Of a stretch of 64,000 nt of DNA, positions 53,301 through 63,163 are shown in pieces. The stretch is from Ascidiella aspersa. Taxonomy: Eukaryota. Numbering within the stretch: the stretch's first letter is position 1; the number at the start of each line of letters is the position of its first letter. The position numbers and the translations under genes are program-made. The notes beneath the pieces are model-generated. The model had not been told where the DNA came from, made no database searches, and saw only the letters and a list, made by a program, of their open reading frames with translations. The stretch is from contig OZ004614.1 in NCBI GenBank assembly GCA_963924565.1, positions 10,354,001 through 10,418,000 of the forward strand, read 5' to 3'.

Positions 53301-56300
53301 AGCAGTCGCCGGGAATCTCGATGTATTCGCCAGGCGCAGTGCAAAGGGAGTGAACTGCACAAAGTGGATTCTGTTACATTCGTGGTAAGTTTGAAAATAG
53401 GCGACATTCGTATTTGCGAACATCTTTGATGAATGGCGGGACTCGCATAGAACACGAACGCTATGTTCTGATGGGAACAGTAGGTGTTAACAGCTCCAGG
53501 GTGTAAATGGTATGGGAAAGTTTTCTAGAAGTGTTTTTGTTTATAATTGAGTGACTTAAGTTGCTCGCTTAGGCATATGCAAACATTTGTCGTCAGTATT
53601 TATTCACAAAAAACAAATAAATTCGTTTTATTTTTAATAAAATATTCGCTTTTATATTACATACTGTTTGATACGTATTGTGGTAAATATTATAGAAGTG
53701 GTCCGTTTAGATCTATTAATTAAAAGTTATGGTATCTACCAAAACATCTAACTTTACATAAACATTTAAATAGGTTTTTAACTAACGCCATATTTAGTAA
53801 TTATACGCATGTCAAAGCTACTAAGGTATATAACTTTGACTTGTAAAAAGGCGATTCGAAACGGGCAAATTAACAACATCCATCTAGAAATACACATCTT
53901 AGTGAGTTTAATTACAGTCCAAGCAACAAAGGTCGCACCCGGGCAAACTTTGCCGAGCGGGCGTCGGTCAACACCCAAGGGGTCTCATACATCGCCTTTA
54001 GTCAAACAGGTGGAAACGATGATTGCCGAACGTGAACGCTATAGGCACAGAGGCGACCCTCCACATATAAAACGACGATTTATCACGTTTACACGCGCAG
54101 TCAATATCTTGCGCGCTTTACGGTAACGCCTTTCGATAACAGACCGGCGATTTGTCTCGCTATTTTCTTTTTGCTTGGCTAAAGTGTAATTCAGGCGTTG
54201 TCGACGGAACTAGGGGTAACTCGAGGTCGATCGCTCACGAACTTAATCTACGACCTTAAGCTTGCCCAATAATAATAGCGACGTGTTCCAATATTCAAAT
54301 TACACATTTTAAAGGCTGGTTTACACTAGACGCTTTAACGTCCAGCTTTAGCGTCTGGCGTCCAACATTAGCGTCGTCCAGTTCACACATAAAGCGTTGC
54401 CAGCGTTAACTGCAAGTTTCCTCGCTTCTAACCGAAATCAAAGTTGAAATATTTTAACTTTTTCACAACCGAAAGCGTTTTTTAAAAACGTTGTCCGTTG
54501 ATGCTAGACGCGTCTAGTGTGAACCAGCCTTAACAGTTTGGAAGTGAATTTCAAGCAGAAGACTTCTCAAAAAGCGACCAATTACCATCGCAAGTGATTC
54601 TGCTTCCCTCGTAGGCGGTCGTCGTAGAACACCAAGGGTTTCCGTCATTGGAGTCGTCCATCGTACATGACGAGTAGATTTGTCCCCCGAACTCGAACGG
54701 AAATCTGCACTCCTTCGGTAGCGCTAAGAGGTAACAATAAACAGGGGCACATGTCATTTTAAGACAGAAGTTGCCGAGCTTAAACAGTCAGCTGTAGGTG
54801 AAAATTTAAAGTTAAATATTTGCACCATTAAAGTTTCAAGACTTCTGTTGTTCGACAAAAGTGTTACGAAGGCGGGATTGTTAAACACACGCAAAAGGCC
54901 ATTAAAATGTCGATTTTAACTGCGCGACGTCCGCGATTGTGGCCTTTCTCCTCATGGAAGTGGACACATTGAGCAACTTACGAATTTGGCAGAGAGATCC
55001 GTCGTATCCGTCGGCACACACACACGTGTTGGGAGCTCCGCAAAAGCCACCGTTGTAGCAGGTGACGTCACATTGAGCTGCGTGAAAAGAAGCAAGCATT
55101 AGATCCAATAGTATATTTCAGTTAATAAACTTACCGGGAGCGTATAAACAAATTAGCAACCGCTGACTGTTGCAAGGCTAAAGGCGGTACGATAAAAGTT
55201 TGGGGACCAGATTGGAACATAATTTGACTATTTTTAAGTATTTACTTAAGTTATTTGTCAAACTAAATTTTTAGAACCCTTTGTTTTTATTTTTATCGTA
55301 GTGACTATACATTTAACATGGTATATGTCCCTAATTTTACTTTTAGCCAAACACATTTTTCACTGTTTAACCTTTTTATCAATTTTAAAGTTTTTCTTCC
55401 AACAAAATTTCATTAAAGTACTAACGAGGCCCAGCAGTAACATTATAATTCATTACCTTATATATATATATATATACGATATTTTACTCTCATCTATGGA
55501 GCATAATGGTTAGAGGTTGTAGTAAGACGTAAAATTTATCAGTGCCTTCTCACTATGTTGAAAATTAAGAGTTATTCGAAACGTTCAAAATGATACCTAC
55601 TTCGGCATGGGCTTTAATATTCTTATTATACCTTTCATCTATACTTACGTGTTTCACACAGTTCGCCGCTCCAGCCTTTGGCGCAAGTGCACGTGTTCGG
55701 GCTTGAACATTGACCGCCGTTTTGACATTCGTTGTCGCACAGGCCTGAAAGGATAATTTAACTGTTGTCAATACGTCATAACGTGTAAGCCAAGACTAGT
55801 CATATAGTGGGATAAAATTGTTGTCCACTTAACGTCATATTTTCTTCAAGGTAATTACAAGCGAATAAAATAGTTCCTTCATTCTGATATTCCGCTGGAT
55901 GTAATTTTAAATCACAACGACACACGTATTTGCTTAAAGTGGGGTCATACTTGGCGAAAACCAAGAGTCATGTATCAAATTTTTTTCCATTTAATGAATG
56001 ATTCGAGTTATTTACAATTTAGGTCATCATTTAACTAAGTAACAACTGAACAATGTCTTAAATAAGTGATAGTGCTATTAGCTATGGGTTAACATTCAAC
56101 AGTATCTTTTATTATCTACCAAACGGGGAACACCATTTCCACGCTTTGCAACTTTGTTAGCAACAAACAACACTCTTTATCGAAAAAGTCCGCCATGTAC
56201 CTTGTTCACAGGATTCTCCCGCCCAGCCGGTGTTACACTCACACTGGTTGGGGCCCACACAATGGCCGTGCACGCACACCGTGGTGCACTCGACTGTGAA

Positions 56301-58773
56301 AATAAAACAAATGTTACTGAAACATGTTTTAAGTGTTGTACAGTGTTTTATTGTTATTTATGGCTTGTGGTCCCTTATAGGCCCTCTTACTTTTCAACAA
56401 AAATAGTTAGCTTTGTTTTCAAACTGTCTTTATTTTCATTGGTTTAGCTTCGCAACCTTAAGGAAAATTCTAGAAAATTGTCTTATGAAGAGTCATCAAG
56501 TTACAACATAAATACAACGTATAAGGTCTTTTTGCAAAATCCAAAACGTACAAAGAGAGAACAAAACTTACATTCGTCACACCGAAGGCCGCTATAGCCT
56601 GACACACACGAGCACTTGTTGTCCTCGATGCAGCTGCCGTGCACGCATTCCGGATCGCATGAGATCAATTGGCCTTGAATCTGCGATTGCGACTGGCTCT
56701 GCGATTGTCCATCAGATCCACTCTGGGACTGGGTCTGGGACTGGACCTGGAGCTGGTCTAGCGACGTTGGTAACGAGGGGAATTTCCTGCAACGTACAAG
56801 CTTTAACTTTAAGAGCTCTGGAATACTGTGTCTACCTGTGAGGTCCGCAACAGCGAGATAAACGAACCAAACCGTATTTAGGAATATTTGTTCTTGTTCA
56901 ATTCCCGCAACGCACATATTATGCAATTCATAATGCGTGCAAAAATGTTCGTTCGATTTATTTATGCAAACGTATAATTTGCCGTGGCAACTATAACAGA
57001 AAACAAGCCAAAAAACTAATGCAATTGCTATCATCTGTAAATTCTTAATACCGGTATTAAGTATTTTATGCAAACGTATAGAAATCATAACATGTTTTGT
57101 CTGAGACAATCTCTTTACATTGTTAAACTTGTATAAAGGACTTTCGTTCTGGGATACTCATTAATGCACTCACGATATATTTCGTCTCCGTCTTTGAACT
57201 TTCTGTTCTTCGGTAATACCTGTAAGGAAAACAAACAAAACAAGGAGGTTAGCAATGTAGCATCTCACATTTTTTTAATACCCAGCTAAGTTTACTTATG
57301 GGCCTATCTAGCCATTATTGGTGCAGCCAATTTAAACTTTTATGTTGTTTTAGTAGCCGTGTTGTAAAATTCGTTTACGCATGAAAGTTTACAAGTTTAT
57401 ACACATGACATAAATATTACCAGCGAAACTAAAAGTAACGTTGAAAAAAATTCTTGTTTACCACCCAAAAGAAGTTTAATAATAATATATGTTATTTGGC
57501 TATACAATATGCACAGATCTGTAATGTAGCTTGATAAAGTAAATTTGAAAGCCAAAATCGTCGCGTAGATCGACATTATCTTTATTAAGTCGTTTTATAT
57601 TAACAATGAACATGTATCATCTTCAGTTAATGTGACTAAATTTGAGAGTTGAAATTGAACATTTACACCTTGTAAACACCGCTCCACCTGTTTTTTTAAG
57701 GTAGAAACTCAGAATAATAAGAATTGCGTCTCACATTTTATACGTGATTCTTTGATTTACTTCTCATGCAGTCACATTAGCTGAAGATGACACAAGTTCA
57801 CATCGAAGTTTTAATCATGATTTCGATCTACGCGATCTTTTTGGTTTTGAAATCCATTATCAAACAATATACGTTATATTACACGTTAAGTTTAATTTTC
57901 CATGGAACGCTTTGCGCTGTTTTCAACGCAAAGCATAGGAGTCACGCCGGGAACAAAGTTAAACGCCCGTTTGGTAAATATGCATAGCAGTCTAGCGAAG
58001 CGACTTTACAAAGTATAGGGCCTATATGGAGACGGCTTTGCGCAGCTTTTATTTTACTTGATATTTGCGAAGGCTTCTAAGCCAGATTTGAGCCCTTTCG
58101 ACGTAACAGTATTGGCCTTAACGACTATCTAGATGAATAATATGAGGGTGTCGATATACATGTGGAGATAATAAAAAAGCGTGACGGCCTGTGATTCGCA
58201 TTCCTGACTAAGCTTACAGATCAAGTAAACCAAAACGTCAAGGTACAAATCTAAAATTTTCAGTCTCTATTGTCAATTGCGGATTTCCCTTAAGTTTAGA
58301 CTTAACTTATCACAATGCTATAGGTACATCCACATTACGTTCGCTGTGCTCTGGCAGGCACGTGCTACTTAAACATGCCAATTTATGACCCGAAAGCAAT
58401 TTACATTTCCAGTGTTTAAGAAGCCGTAGCAGACTAATTAAGGCGCATACTGTCGAGAAATATTTTTAACAATCCAGACGATGGACGTAAAAAACAGATG
58501 ACACTGGAATATTACCACGGTAAAGTGACCAAATTAGTTGGATGAGTAAATAGTTTCGTTTAGGAAATATTTCTGTGTAGTCGTATTTCATTTTTTTTGT
58601 TTTAATTTGTTTGTTTACGTACGAATAAAAAAGAATAATTTTATTTTATTAGATTGTTGTAACCGACAAGGGTATGGGTAGCCTAAATATAAACGAAAGT
58701 AAAACAAGGTGTGCTTACCTTGAACAGTAAGAGCCAGGGCAAAGAGCCCGGCAACAATTGCAAGTCGGACCAT
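14192..58773 (-). CDS. Giant secreted gel-forming mucin / VWF-hemolectin-like mosaic protein (about 3,950 aa, 54 coding exons)
   Basis: Exons assembled by hand, all junction phases compatible (5' to 3'): 58719-58773, 57174-57219, 56572-56786, 56201-56293, 55649-55744, 54982-55077, 54586-54723, 53181-53354, 52672-52770, 52481-52525, 50736-50982, 50008-50228, 49609-49727, 48608-48824, 47603-47837, 44906-45080, 44214-44376, 43547-43647, 43275-43403, 42525-42700, 41996-42114, 41187-41427, 40355-40545, 39997-40214, 38931-39101, 38010-38180, 37400-37504, 36745-36978, 36013-36235, 35091-35287, 34123-34336, 33500-33633, 33055-33162, 32382-32586, 31655-31839, 30786-30945, 29952-30160, 29249-29435, 28167-28391, 27564-27700, 26879-27103, 26138-26359, 25459-25683, 24309-24489, 23516-23740, 22602-22735, 21562-21780, 20934-21152, 17502-20537, 17277-17381, 16343-16483, 15373-15564, 14689-14814, 14192-14329. 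Total 11,862 nt including TAA. Four VWD-C8-TIL assemblies, VWC repeats, CK and CysD motifs are recognisable. Confidence 0.93.
16534..16625. repeat. Minisatellite, unit of about 28 bp (TAATTTATGGGAAAGTGGCATGTTTAAC), 3 copies
   Basis: Visible directly in the sequence. Confidence 0.8.
17502..20537 (-). CDS. Mucin giant exon (3,036 nt): last VWC, cystine knot (20082-20339), PTS tandem array, CysD/WxxW (17655-17930), (SQ)n
   Basis: Part of the 1019-aa ORF, bounded by a CAG acceptor and a CAG|GTAAA donor. CK: [17 protein letters not shown]...CSCCQPTET...CKNGT...CGCTAAC. CysD: CTWSDW...[10 protein letters not shown]...CDVNVGLEC...[11 protein letters not shown]. Confidence 0.95.
18055..20060 (-). 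repeat. Coding tandem repeat with a 99-bp unit (33 aa, [33 protein letters not shown]), about 20 copies
   Basis: The EEE codon block recurs every 99 bp from 18111 to 19992 (20 copies). No indels seen. Confidence 0.97.
20934..29435 (-). CDS. Mucin VWC-like Cys-rich region, 11 exons in two paralogous blocks
   Basis: Recurrent G-x-x-W...C-x-x-C-x-C and CCP-x-Y/F-x-C motifs; CNYELGKGE occurs twice. Confidence 0.9.
25090..25292. repeat. Palindromic repeat family B (other copies: 1-165, about 7100-7185, about 24050-24195, about 55495-55632)
   Basis: Shared arm GATGTTGAAAATGAATAAAGAGTTATTCGAAACGTTCAAA...ATACCTA...GCTTTGATATTC, inverted about a short centre. Confidence 0.8.
28046..28088 (-). ncRNA. 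Minimal type-I hammerhead ribozyme motif (Penelope-element type) in a mucin intron; mutated copy at about 39495-39540
   Basis: Minus strand: CACC-CUGACGA-A-GGCGAC(UAACAUAG)GUUGUC-GAAA-CGUU-GGU, with stem I ACC/GGU, a 6-bp stem II and palindromic AACGUU in place of stem III. It sits in an 85-bp repeat shared with 39460-39545, where GAAA is mutated to AAAA. Confidence 0.6.
28817..29226. mobile_element. Non-autonomous hAT-type MITE (410 bp)
   Basis: Termini CAGTGTTGT...ACAACACTG, a perfect 8-bp TSD GGCCCGAC on both sides, and many subterminal GACTT/AAGTC motifs. Degenerate relatives lie near 23150-23245 and 25820-26030. Confidence 0.88.
29952..34336 (-). CDS. Mucin D4 assembly, 7 exons
   Basis: [76 protein letters not shown]. 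Confidence 0.92.
34564..34865. mobile_element. hAT-like MITE family (related copies at 36274-36580 and about 48865-49271)
   Basis: Termini CAGGGTTTCTTGAACT...AGTTTAAGAACCCCTG with GGACCCC subterminal motifs. Internal sequence (GATGACGTCATA...TTAACG) is shared with the 36274 copy. No clean TSD. Confidence 0.7.
35091..40545 (-). CDS. Mucin D'D3 assembly plus a short PTS linker of about 40 aa, 8 exons
   Basis: [50 protein letters not shown] and [11 protein letters not shown], which closely resemble the MUC2/VWF D3 motifs. Exon 35091-35287 encodes [41 protein letters not shown]. Confidence 0.92.
38220..38553. repeat. Intronic tandem duplication (two diverged units of about 150-185 bp)
   Basis: TTTGGACAGGATTT...TTTACAAAGCA...CAAGAAAGTTGTA...TTCAAAATTTTAA occurs twice in succession. 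Confidence 0.75.
38647..38862. repeat. Palindromic (foldback) element D
   Basis: Inverted arms of about 75 bp: TTTTAGTAATTTGAATAAAAATATGAAAG...AAAATCGACATTTCGCA...GACGTTTCA. Confidence 0.85.
41187..45080 (-). CDS. Mucin D2 assembly (VWD2-C8-TIL), 7 exons
   Basis: [60 protein letters not shown]. Confidence 0.92.
46113..46305. repeat. Diverged direct repeat (two units of about 75 bp)
   Basis: TATACCAAAAAATT(G)CACAGCTAC...ACATCGGC...TTATGT occurs twice. Confidence 0.65.
47603..50982 (-). CDS. Mucin D1 assembly (VWD1-C8-TIL-E), 5 exons
   Basis: [42 protein letters not shown]...[25 protein letters not shown]. Confidence 0.92.
52481..52770 (-). CDS. Mucin exons 9-10: fifth EGF domain and acidic linker [15 protein letters not shown]
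   Basis: [28 protein letters not shown] (52672-52770) and a 45-nt phase 1-1 exon (52481-52525). Confidence 0.8.
53181..53354 (-). CDS. Mucin exon 8: chitin-binding type 2 (CBM14/peritrophin-A) domain
   Basis: [53 protein letters not shown] has 6 Cys with the P-x-DC-x-x-YF-x-C and CP-x-G-x-VFN...CD signatures. This frame is not in the ORF track. Confidence 0.88.
54313..54530. mobile_element. PIF/Harbinger (Tourist-like) MITE, 218 bp
   Basis: TIRs AGGCTGGTTTACACTAGACGC and GCGTCTAGTGTGAACCAGCCT, flanked by TAA on both sides. Confidence 0.82.
54586..54723 (-). CDS. Mucin exon 7: fibronectin type II domain
   Basis: [40 protein letters not shown] matches the FN2 pattern C-x-FPF...Y-x-x-C-T...WC-S-T-T...C. 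Confidence 0.9.
54982..56786 (-). CDS. Mucin exons 3-6: (QS)n segment and four EGF-like domains
   Basis: [27 protein letters not shown], then [82 protein letters not shown] and [28 protein letters not shown]. Exons 4-6 are symmetric phase 1-1 exons of 93-96 nt. Confidence 0.9.
57174..57219 (-). CDS. Mucin exon 2: short propeptide [14 protein letters not shown] with a furin-type site
   Basis: 46-nt exon (TTACAG acceptor, GTGAG donor). Its phases 1 and 2 fit both neighbours. RRRR is at 57182-57193. Confidence 0.8.
57560..57835. repeat. Palindromic repeat family C (second copy about 42770-42940)
   Basis: Arms GTCACATTA(A/G)CTGAAGATGA(T/C)ACA...TCGATCTAC, inverted and shared between the two loci. 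Confidence 0.65.
58719..58773 (-). CDS. Mucin first coding exon: signal peptide [19 protein letters not shown]
   Basis: ATG at 58773, hydrophobic core, G|GTAAG donor, and a CAG acceptor 5 nt upstream of the ATG. Confidence 0.85.
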
Positions 58774-59067
58774 TAAATCTGAAAAAATGCAACCATATTT
58801 AGAAAAGATATTGTTTACCGTTTACTAGTATTGAAACATGTGATATAACAAAAAATACTATTCTTTATAAACTTTCATAAATAAACTGTGTGATTTTTTA
58901 AACGCAAATCTTGCATGAAATGATTTAATTTAAGAGATAAACAGCATATATCAGTTACATCTTACTTCTATTGGCAGTTGCCGTATTTGCATGACTTATA
59001 AACTGTATGTAAACGACTTTATTGTATAATAAACAGTTACACTCTACTTATTGTTGTCTTTAATTAC

Positions 59068-59251
59068 CTGAGCTTGTTTCTTATCCTTTATTTTGTACGT
59101 TTTTCCACTTGACAGCCGCGTTTGGCCGATTCGTAAAATATCTTTAGCGGTCCGTCTTTCGTTTAAAACACAGAATGCCACCCGCTAAAACTCAGTCTCA
59201 CTCGAGCAAGTGGATTCGTCAACGCGGGGTTAATCGCCCGCCGCTTATAAA
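59068..59251 (-). promoter_or_regulatory. Putative mucin core promoter and non-coding first exon
   Basis: TATAAG on the minus strand at 59244-59249, an Inr-like CCACTT near 59208-59213, and a CAG|GTAAT donor at 59068 that could splice to the acceptor at 58778. Confidence 0.5.
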
Positions 59252-60179
59252 CCAAGGACAAACTTCCCCCTTTTTTCGATCAGTGCTTTCGCGGCCGAAT
59301 CTAATGGAACGCTAAGTTGGGTTGACGCCCAGAATTCACCCTTCTCTCGTTTTCTCGGTTACTTTCCTCAGGCGTTCGCCTCACTCGGGACACGCATTTG
59401 AGTCAACAGAGTCAATAGGCGCGCTGAAGCGCCCATGCTCGCACACTTCTGCGACGCAAGACGGCAGAAGTCAGCGCCAGACATACCCCGTTTGTTAACT
59501 TCATGAAAGGCTCGTTGAACTCGGAGCTACAGGCAATAAGACATTAAAAAATTCCAGAAAAGTTAGTTTTAATCCAACTATAATGGTCTTTTCTTTATGT
59601 CATATACAAGTCACAGAACCTGTTAATAATGGAGTTACATGTTATAAACCTGTAGACCCTGCTCTGACGCATAACATATATTACACGCTTATCCAAATTA
59701 AAGACCCGATATAAATCAAAAAAAGTATAATATTAAGTGGAAGTGGAATTAATGTTGTAATATTATAATCTATATGTTGACAAAGACCTACATTAAATTA
59801 ATTGACTGATACGTTTAGGGCACTTCTTCATCGAACATGAGTTTATAAAACTTGTGTATATGTGTTTTTTTTATTATTTGAATAACTGTATATGATCTAA
59901 CGGCTACAGAATGATTTATTATCGCTTACCAATCCCTATATTTTGACAAAAAAACAATAACCGTGTCATTGATAGAGCTTTAGGAATAACTTACGTTTAA
60001 TCAGGCATTGAGGCTAAATTCATTACAGTTTTTGTGTCGTTTCCTCTTCCGAATACAGTTTGCACAGCTTAACAATATTTTCAGCCGCAGGTTGGGTAAA
60101 AAAAAGCTGGACAAATAAGTTATGTCGGTAATGAAAGGCGGGTTTAATCTCGAAGGGGAAATGTTGTAGACTGGTCACC

Positions 60180-60205
60180 TGTGTGTGTGTGTGTGTGTGT
60201 GTGTG
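60180..60205. repeat. (TG)13 microsatellite
   Basis: Visible directly in the sequence. Confidence 0.95.
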
Positions 60206-62275
60206 ACGTGTGCTGTGTCTTACCAAGGAGTCGTGAACCGTTAAAAGAGGGTTACGACTTTGGCAAACACCACAGTTGAGTTGGTGATGTGCTCACAATT
60301 CAATTATACTGTACTCTGTGTATAAGAGGTGGTGAAAGTTTTGCGAAAAAGATTATAACCACGCGTCACAATGCTGTACTTTCGTATAAAAACACCATTG
60401 TACTAATCAGACGGTGCACACGGAAATTGATATAAAAAACAAAAAACGCCAACATTTGTGCCCAAATTTAATCCTGTATTGTAGATGTTTTAAACCAACT
60501 ATTATTATCATTAGGTTGAATTCGGGCAATAATAATAAAATTTGGTGGTCACGATAATCAATCATTAGCCTAATACACGAAAACTGTTAATAGAATGAGT
60601 GGCATGTAAGTCAACAGATTTTACTGGTGCCTCTAAAACAAGCGCGGTGGAGGCATATATTATTTTAAGATGGTGTAAAAAGTTAACTGAAGACATGACG
60701 TTATAAAAGAAGCAAAAATAGTATCTAAATTAAGTGGCAAACCTGTCCTTTTTAAAGGTTCGATAAGACGCACGGGGCCTTCAAGCTATAAAGAGTTTTT
60801 AAGCACACCAGATTTTCCACAAGCTTTTCACACAAGCTCGGAACGTAACAAAGTTTTTGAACTTTCCGTATGTTGCGCAAAACTGCGTATAGGCCAACCC
60901 TGTTAGAATGGCTACGATCAAGGCCAAGCCGACGCAAAAGTGGGACGACCTGCTTAGCGGTTGCCGGTTGTGTATTGAAGGGCGGCAGTGCATAAAATGT
61001 CAGCGACAGTAGCATTGTGAATGTGCGAGATACAAGGTCGTAGGACAGGAAAATTTTCCATAACGTCACAGGTAAATTTTAAAACAAATTTTGCGGACCG
61101 GTGGACCTTCAAGAATCAAAATCCACCCCAAATTTAATTACGCAATAGTATACAACTAAAACACTTCTTAGCTTTCATACAACTGGTCTCAAAGTTTAAG
61201 GCTTAAACGAGTTGTAGCTTAGTTTTGAACAGTTGGCAAAAACACTTGCAGCATTGTGACTTACAATGAAGTCCAAATAATATGACTAACTCTATTTACC
61301 TCACAATGCTGCAAATTACGGAGCTGGCGAAGTTCTAAATTTGATGGATAAGCCTTCAACATCTTGAATTTTGCAATTGAGATATCAAATTTTAATATAT
61401 TTGTGGACCGGCAGAAAAGTTGACGCGGACCGGCGGTTGAGAACCAATGGTTTAAACCAATTTATTTCTAATAGGTCAAAATTTTGTCAAAAAATTATGT
61501 TTTTAGGTCAACATTTCAATTTTGAGGTCAAAATAATCGCCCTAGTTATCAAGCTATACAGAAAGCAATAAAAATGTTGCTTCTAATAAAAAAAAAAAAA
61601 ATGAATAAATAAAAAAAATGAAACAATAAAAAATGTTGTTTACTTTCAAAAAGTCATAATTTTGTAAAACTAACCTAAAACAAAAATGTGACTTTAGTAG
61701 CCTACTGATTACCGCGCAAGCTCAACAACTTTTGTATACCGTAGTGATTTTATTGGTTAGGCTACATGCTTCGCTTGGTGTTAATTTATACTTTTATGCT
61801 GTCATATGCTTGACATCAAATAAACTTACGAGTAATTAATCAACTTCAATATATGTTCATGATTTTGTAATTCGCAATTTTTGAGCCACTAATTTTAATT
61901 AGTTTTTCGGTGCTGGCCCAATTGTTTTAAGTATTTTGTACTTTTACGATCAATTTTGACTATGTTTAGTCAGTAAAACTTATGACAACAATGAAGCAAT
62001 AATTTTCGCCACACTTTTTTCATCAAGGGACGGATAACTGGAATATTCGACGATCCCCGACAGGATATGAAAATTTGTGTCAGGCTTTAATAACTTTATT
62101 TAATTGTTAAAGGAGGAAAATAATACTCATTTAACAAAAACTGTAGCGAGCTTTAAAATTTGTTGGTCACTTTAATTTTTATTAACACTTTGTGTCGAAT
62201 TGCATTTTTTCAAAACCACTGTTACCGTCTATCGCCGGAAATCAAATATCAAATTATTTTTTTATCTGACTAAAC

Positions 62276-63163
62276 CAGCGTTTCTCAACCGGTGCGCCGC
62301 GGCGCACTGGTGCGCCATGGAAGGCTGCCAGGTGCGCCGCGAGCAAAATGAAAAAATAGTATATTTAACATCAATATATTTTTTACTTTCCCATTAAGCT
62401 TAGCTCATTGATTCCACAGTACTTACAAGTAGAAAACATAATAAGACCTACAAGGCAGCAATATCTAAATCAGATAATCTATAATACAGTAGTATTACGA
62501 CCACCAACATAATAAATTCGCAGTAATAACCACGACAAAATAAAATCTAAAATAGTCTAGAGATAAGACCTAAACATGACGAATTAAGTCCAAAATTAAT
62601 CGGAATAAGATTTAAATGGACAAAATTACGCCCAGGACTGTAGCGAAAGGGTATGGGATGATTGGGGGACACCTGTTTGGTATTGGCAGTTTGCTATCGA
62701 CATTTGGGCGCCGCTATTTTGGCCTCAGATTTTTTGCCCCTGTTTTGGCTTAGGCGAGTAGTTGGTGGTGTTAGCAATTGGGTTAGGGTTGAAAATATTA
62801 GGGAAGTTAATGATAGTTATGGGTGGGGTTTGGGGTTAGATAAAGGGTATATGCCTTATTTTAACCGTTTCGGTCTGGTTCCAATTTCGTCATTATTACG
62901 ACTATTAGGTATTAATCCTATTTATGTCTTATTCTTAACTGTTTTTTATTCCGACGTTGATATTGTTCCAATTTTAAACTCAAGGCTGGAGTCTCCTTAA
63001 AGATATGCAACTATAAAGCCTATATTATGAAAAATAGCAAGCAATTTAAAACAAATACCGTTACATCTCAAAAATTTCGAGCTCGCTTCGCTCGCAAGGT
63101 GCGCCGCCACGTTTTCAAATGTCTCTAGGTGCGCCCCCAAGTAAAAAAAGTTAAGAAACACTG
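62276..63163. mobile_element. Non-autonomous hAT-type element with a nested repeat
   Basis: Termini CAGCGTTTCTCAACC...AGTTAAGAAACACTG, a perfect 8-bp TSD GACTAAAC, and GGTGCGCC subterminal motifs. Confidence 0.85.

Noticed and set aside
14192-58773. Calling the gene VWF, SSPO or MUC2
   Set aside because: There are no VWA domains or D2/D' furin site (unlike VWF), and no TSP1, LDLa or FA58C domains (unlike SCO-spondin). The domain order differs from MUC2, and orthology needs a phylogeny.
59256-59270. NF-kB-like site GGGGGAAGTTTGTCC beside the TATA box
   Set aside because: It does not fit GGGRNWYYCC, and short motifs like this are uninformative without further data.
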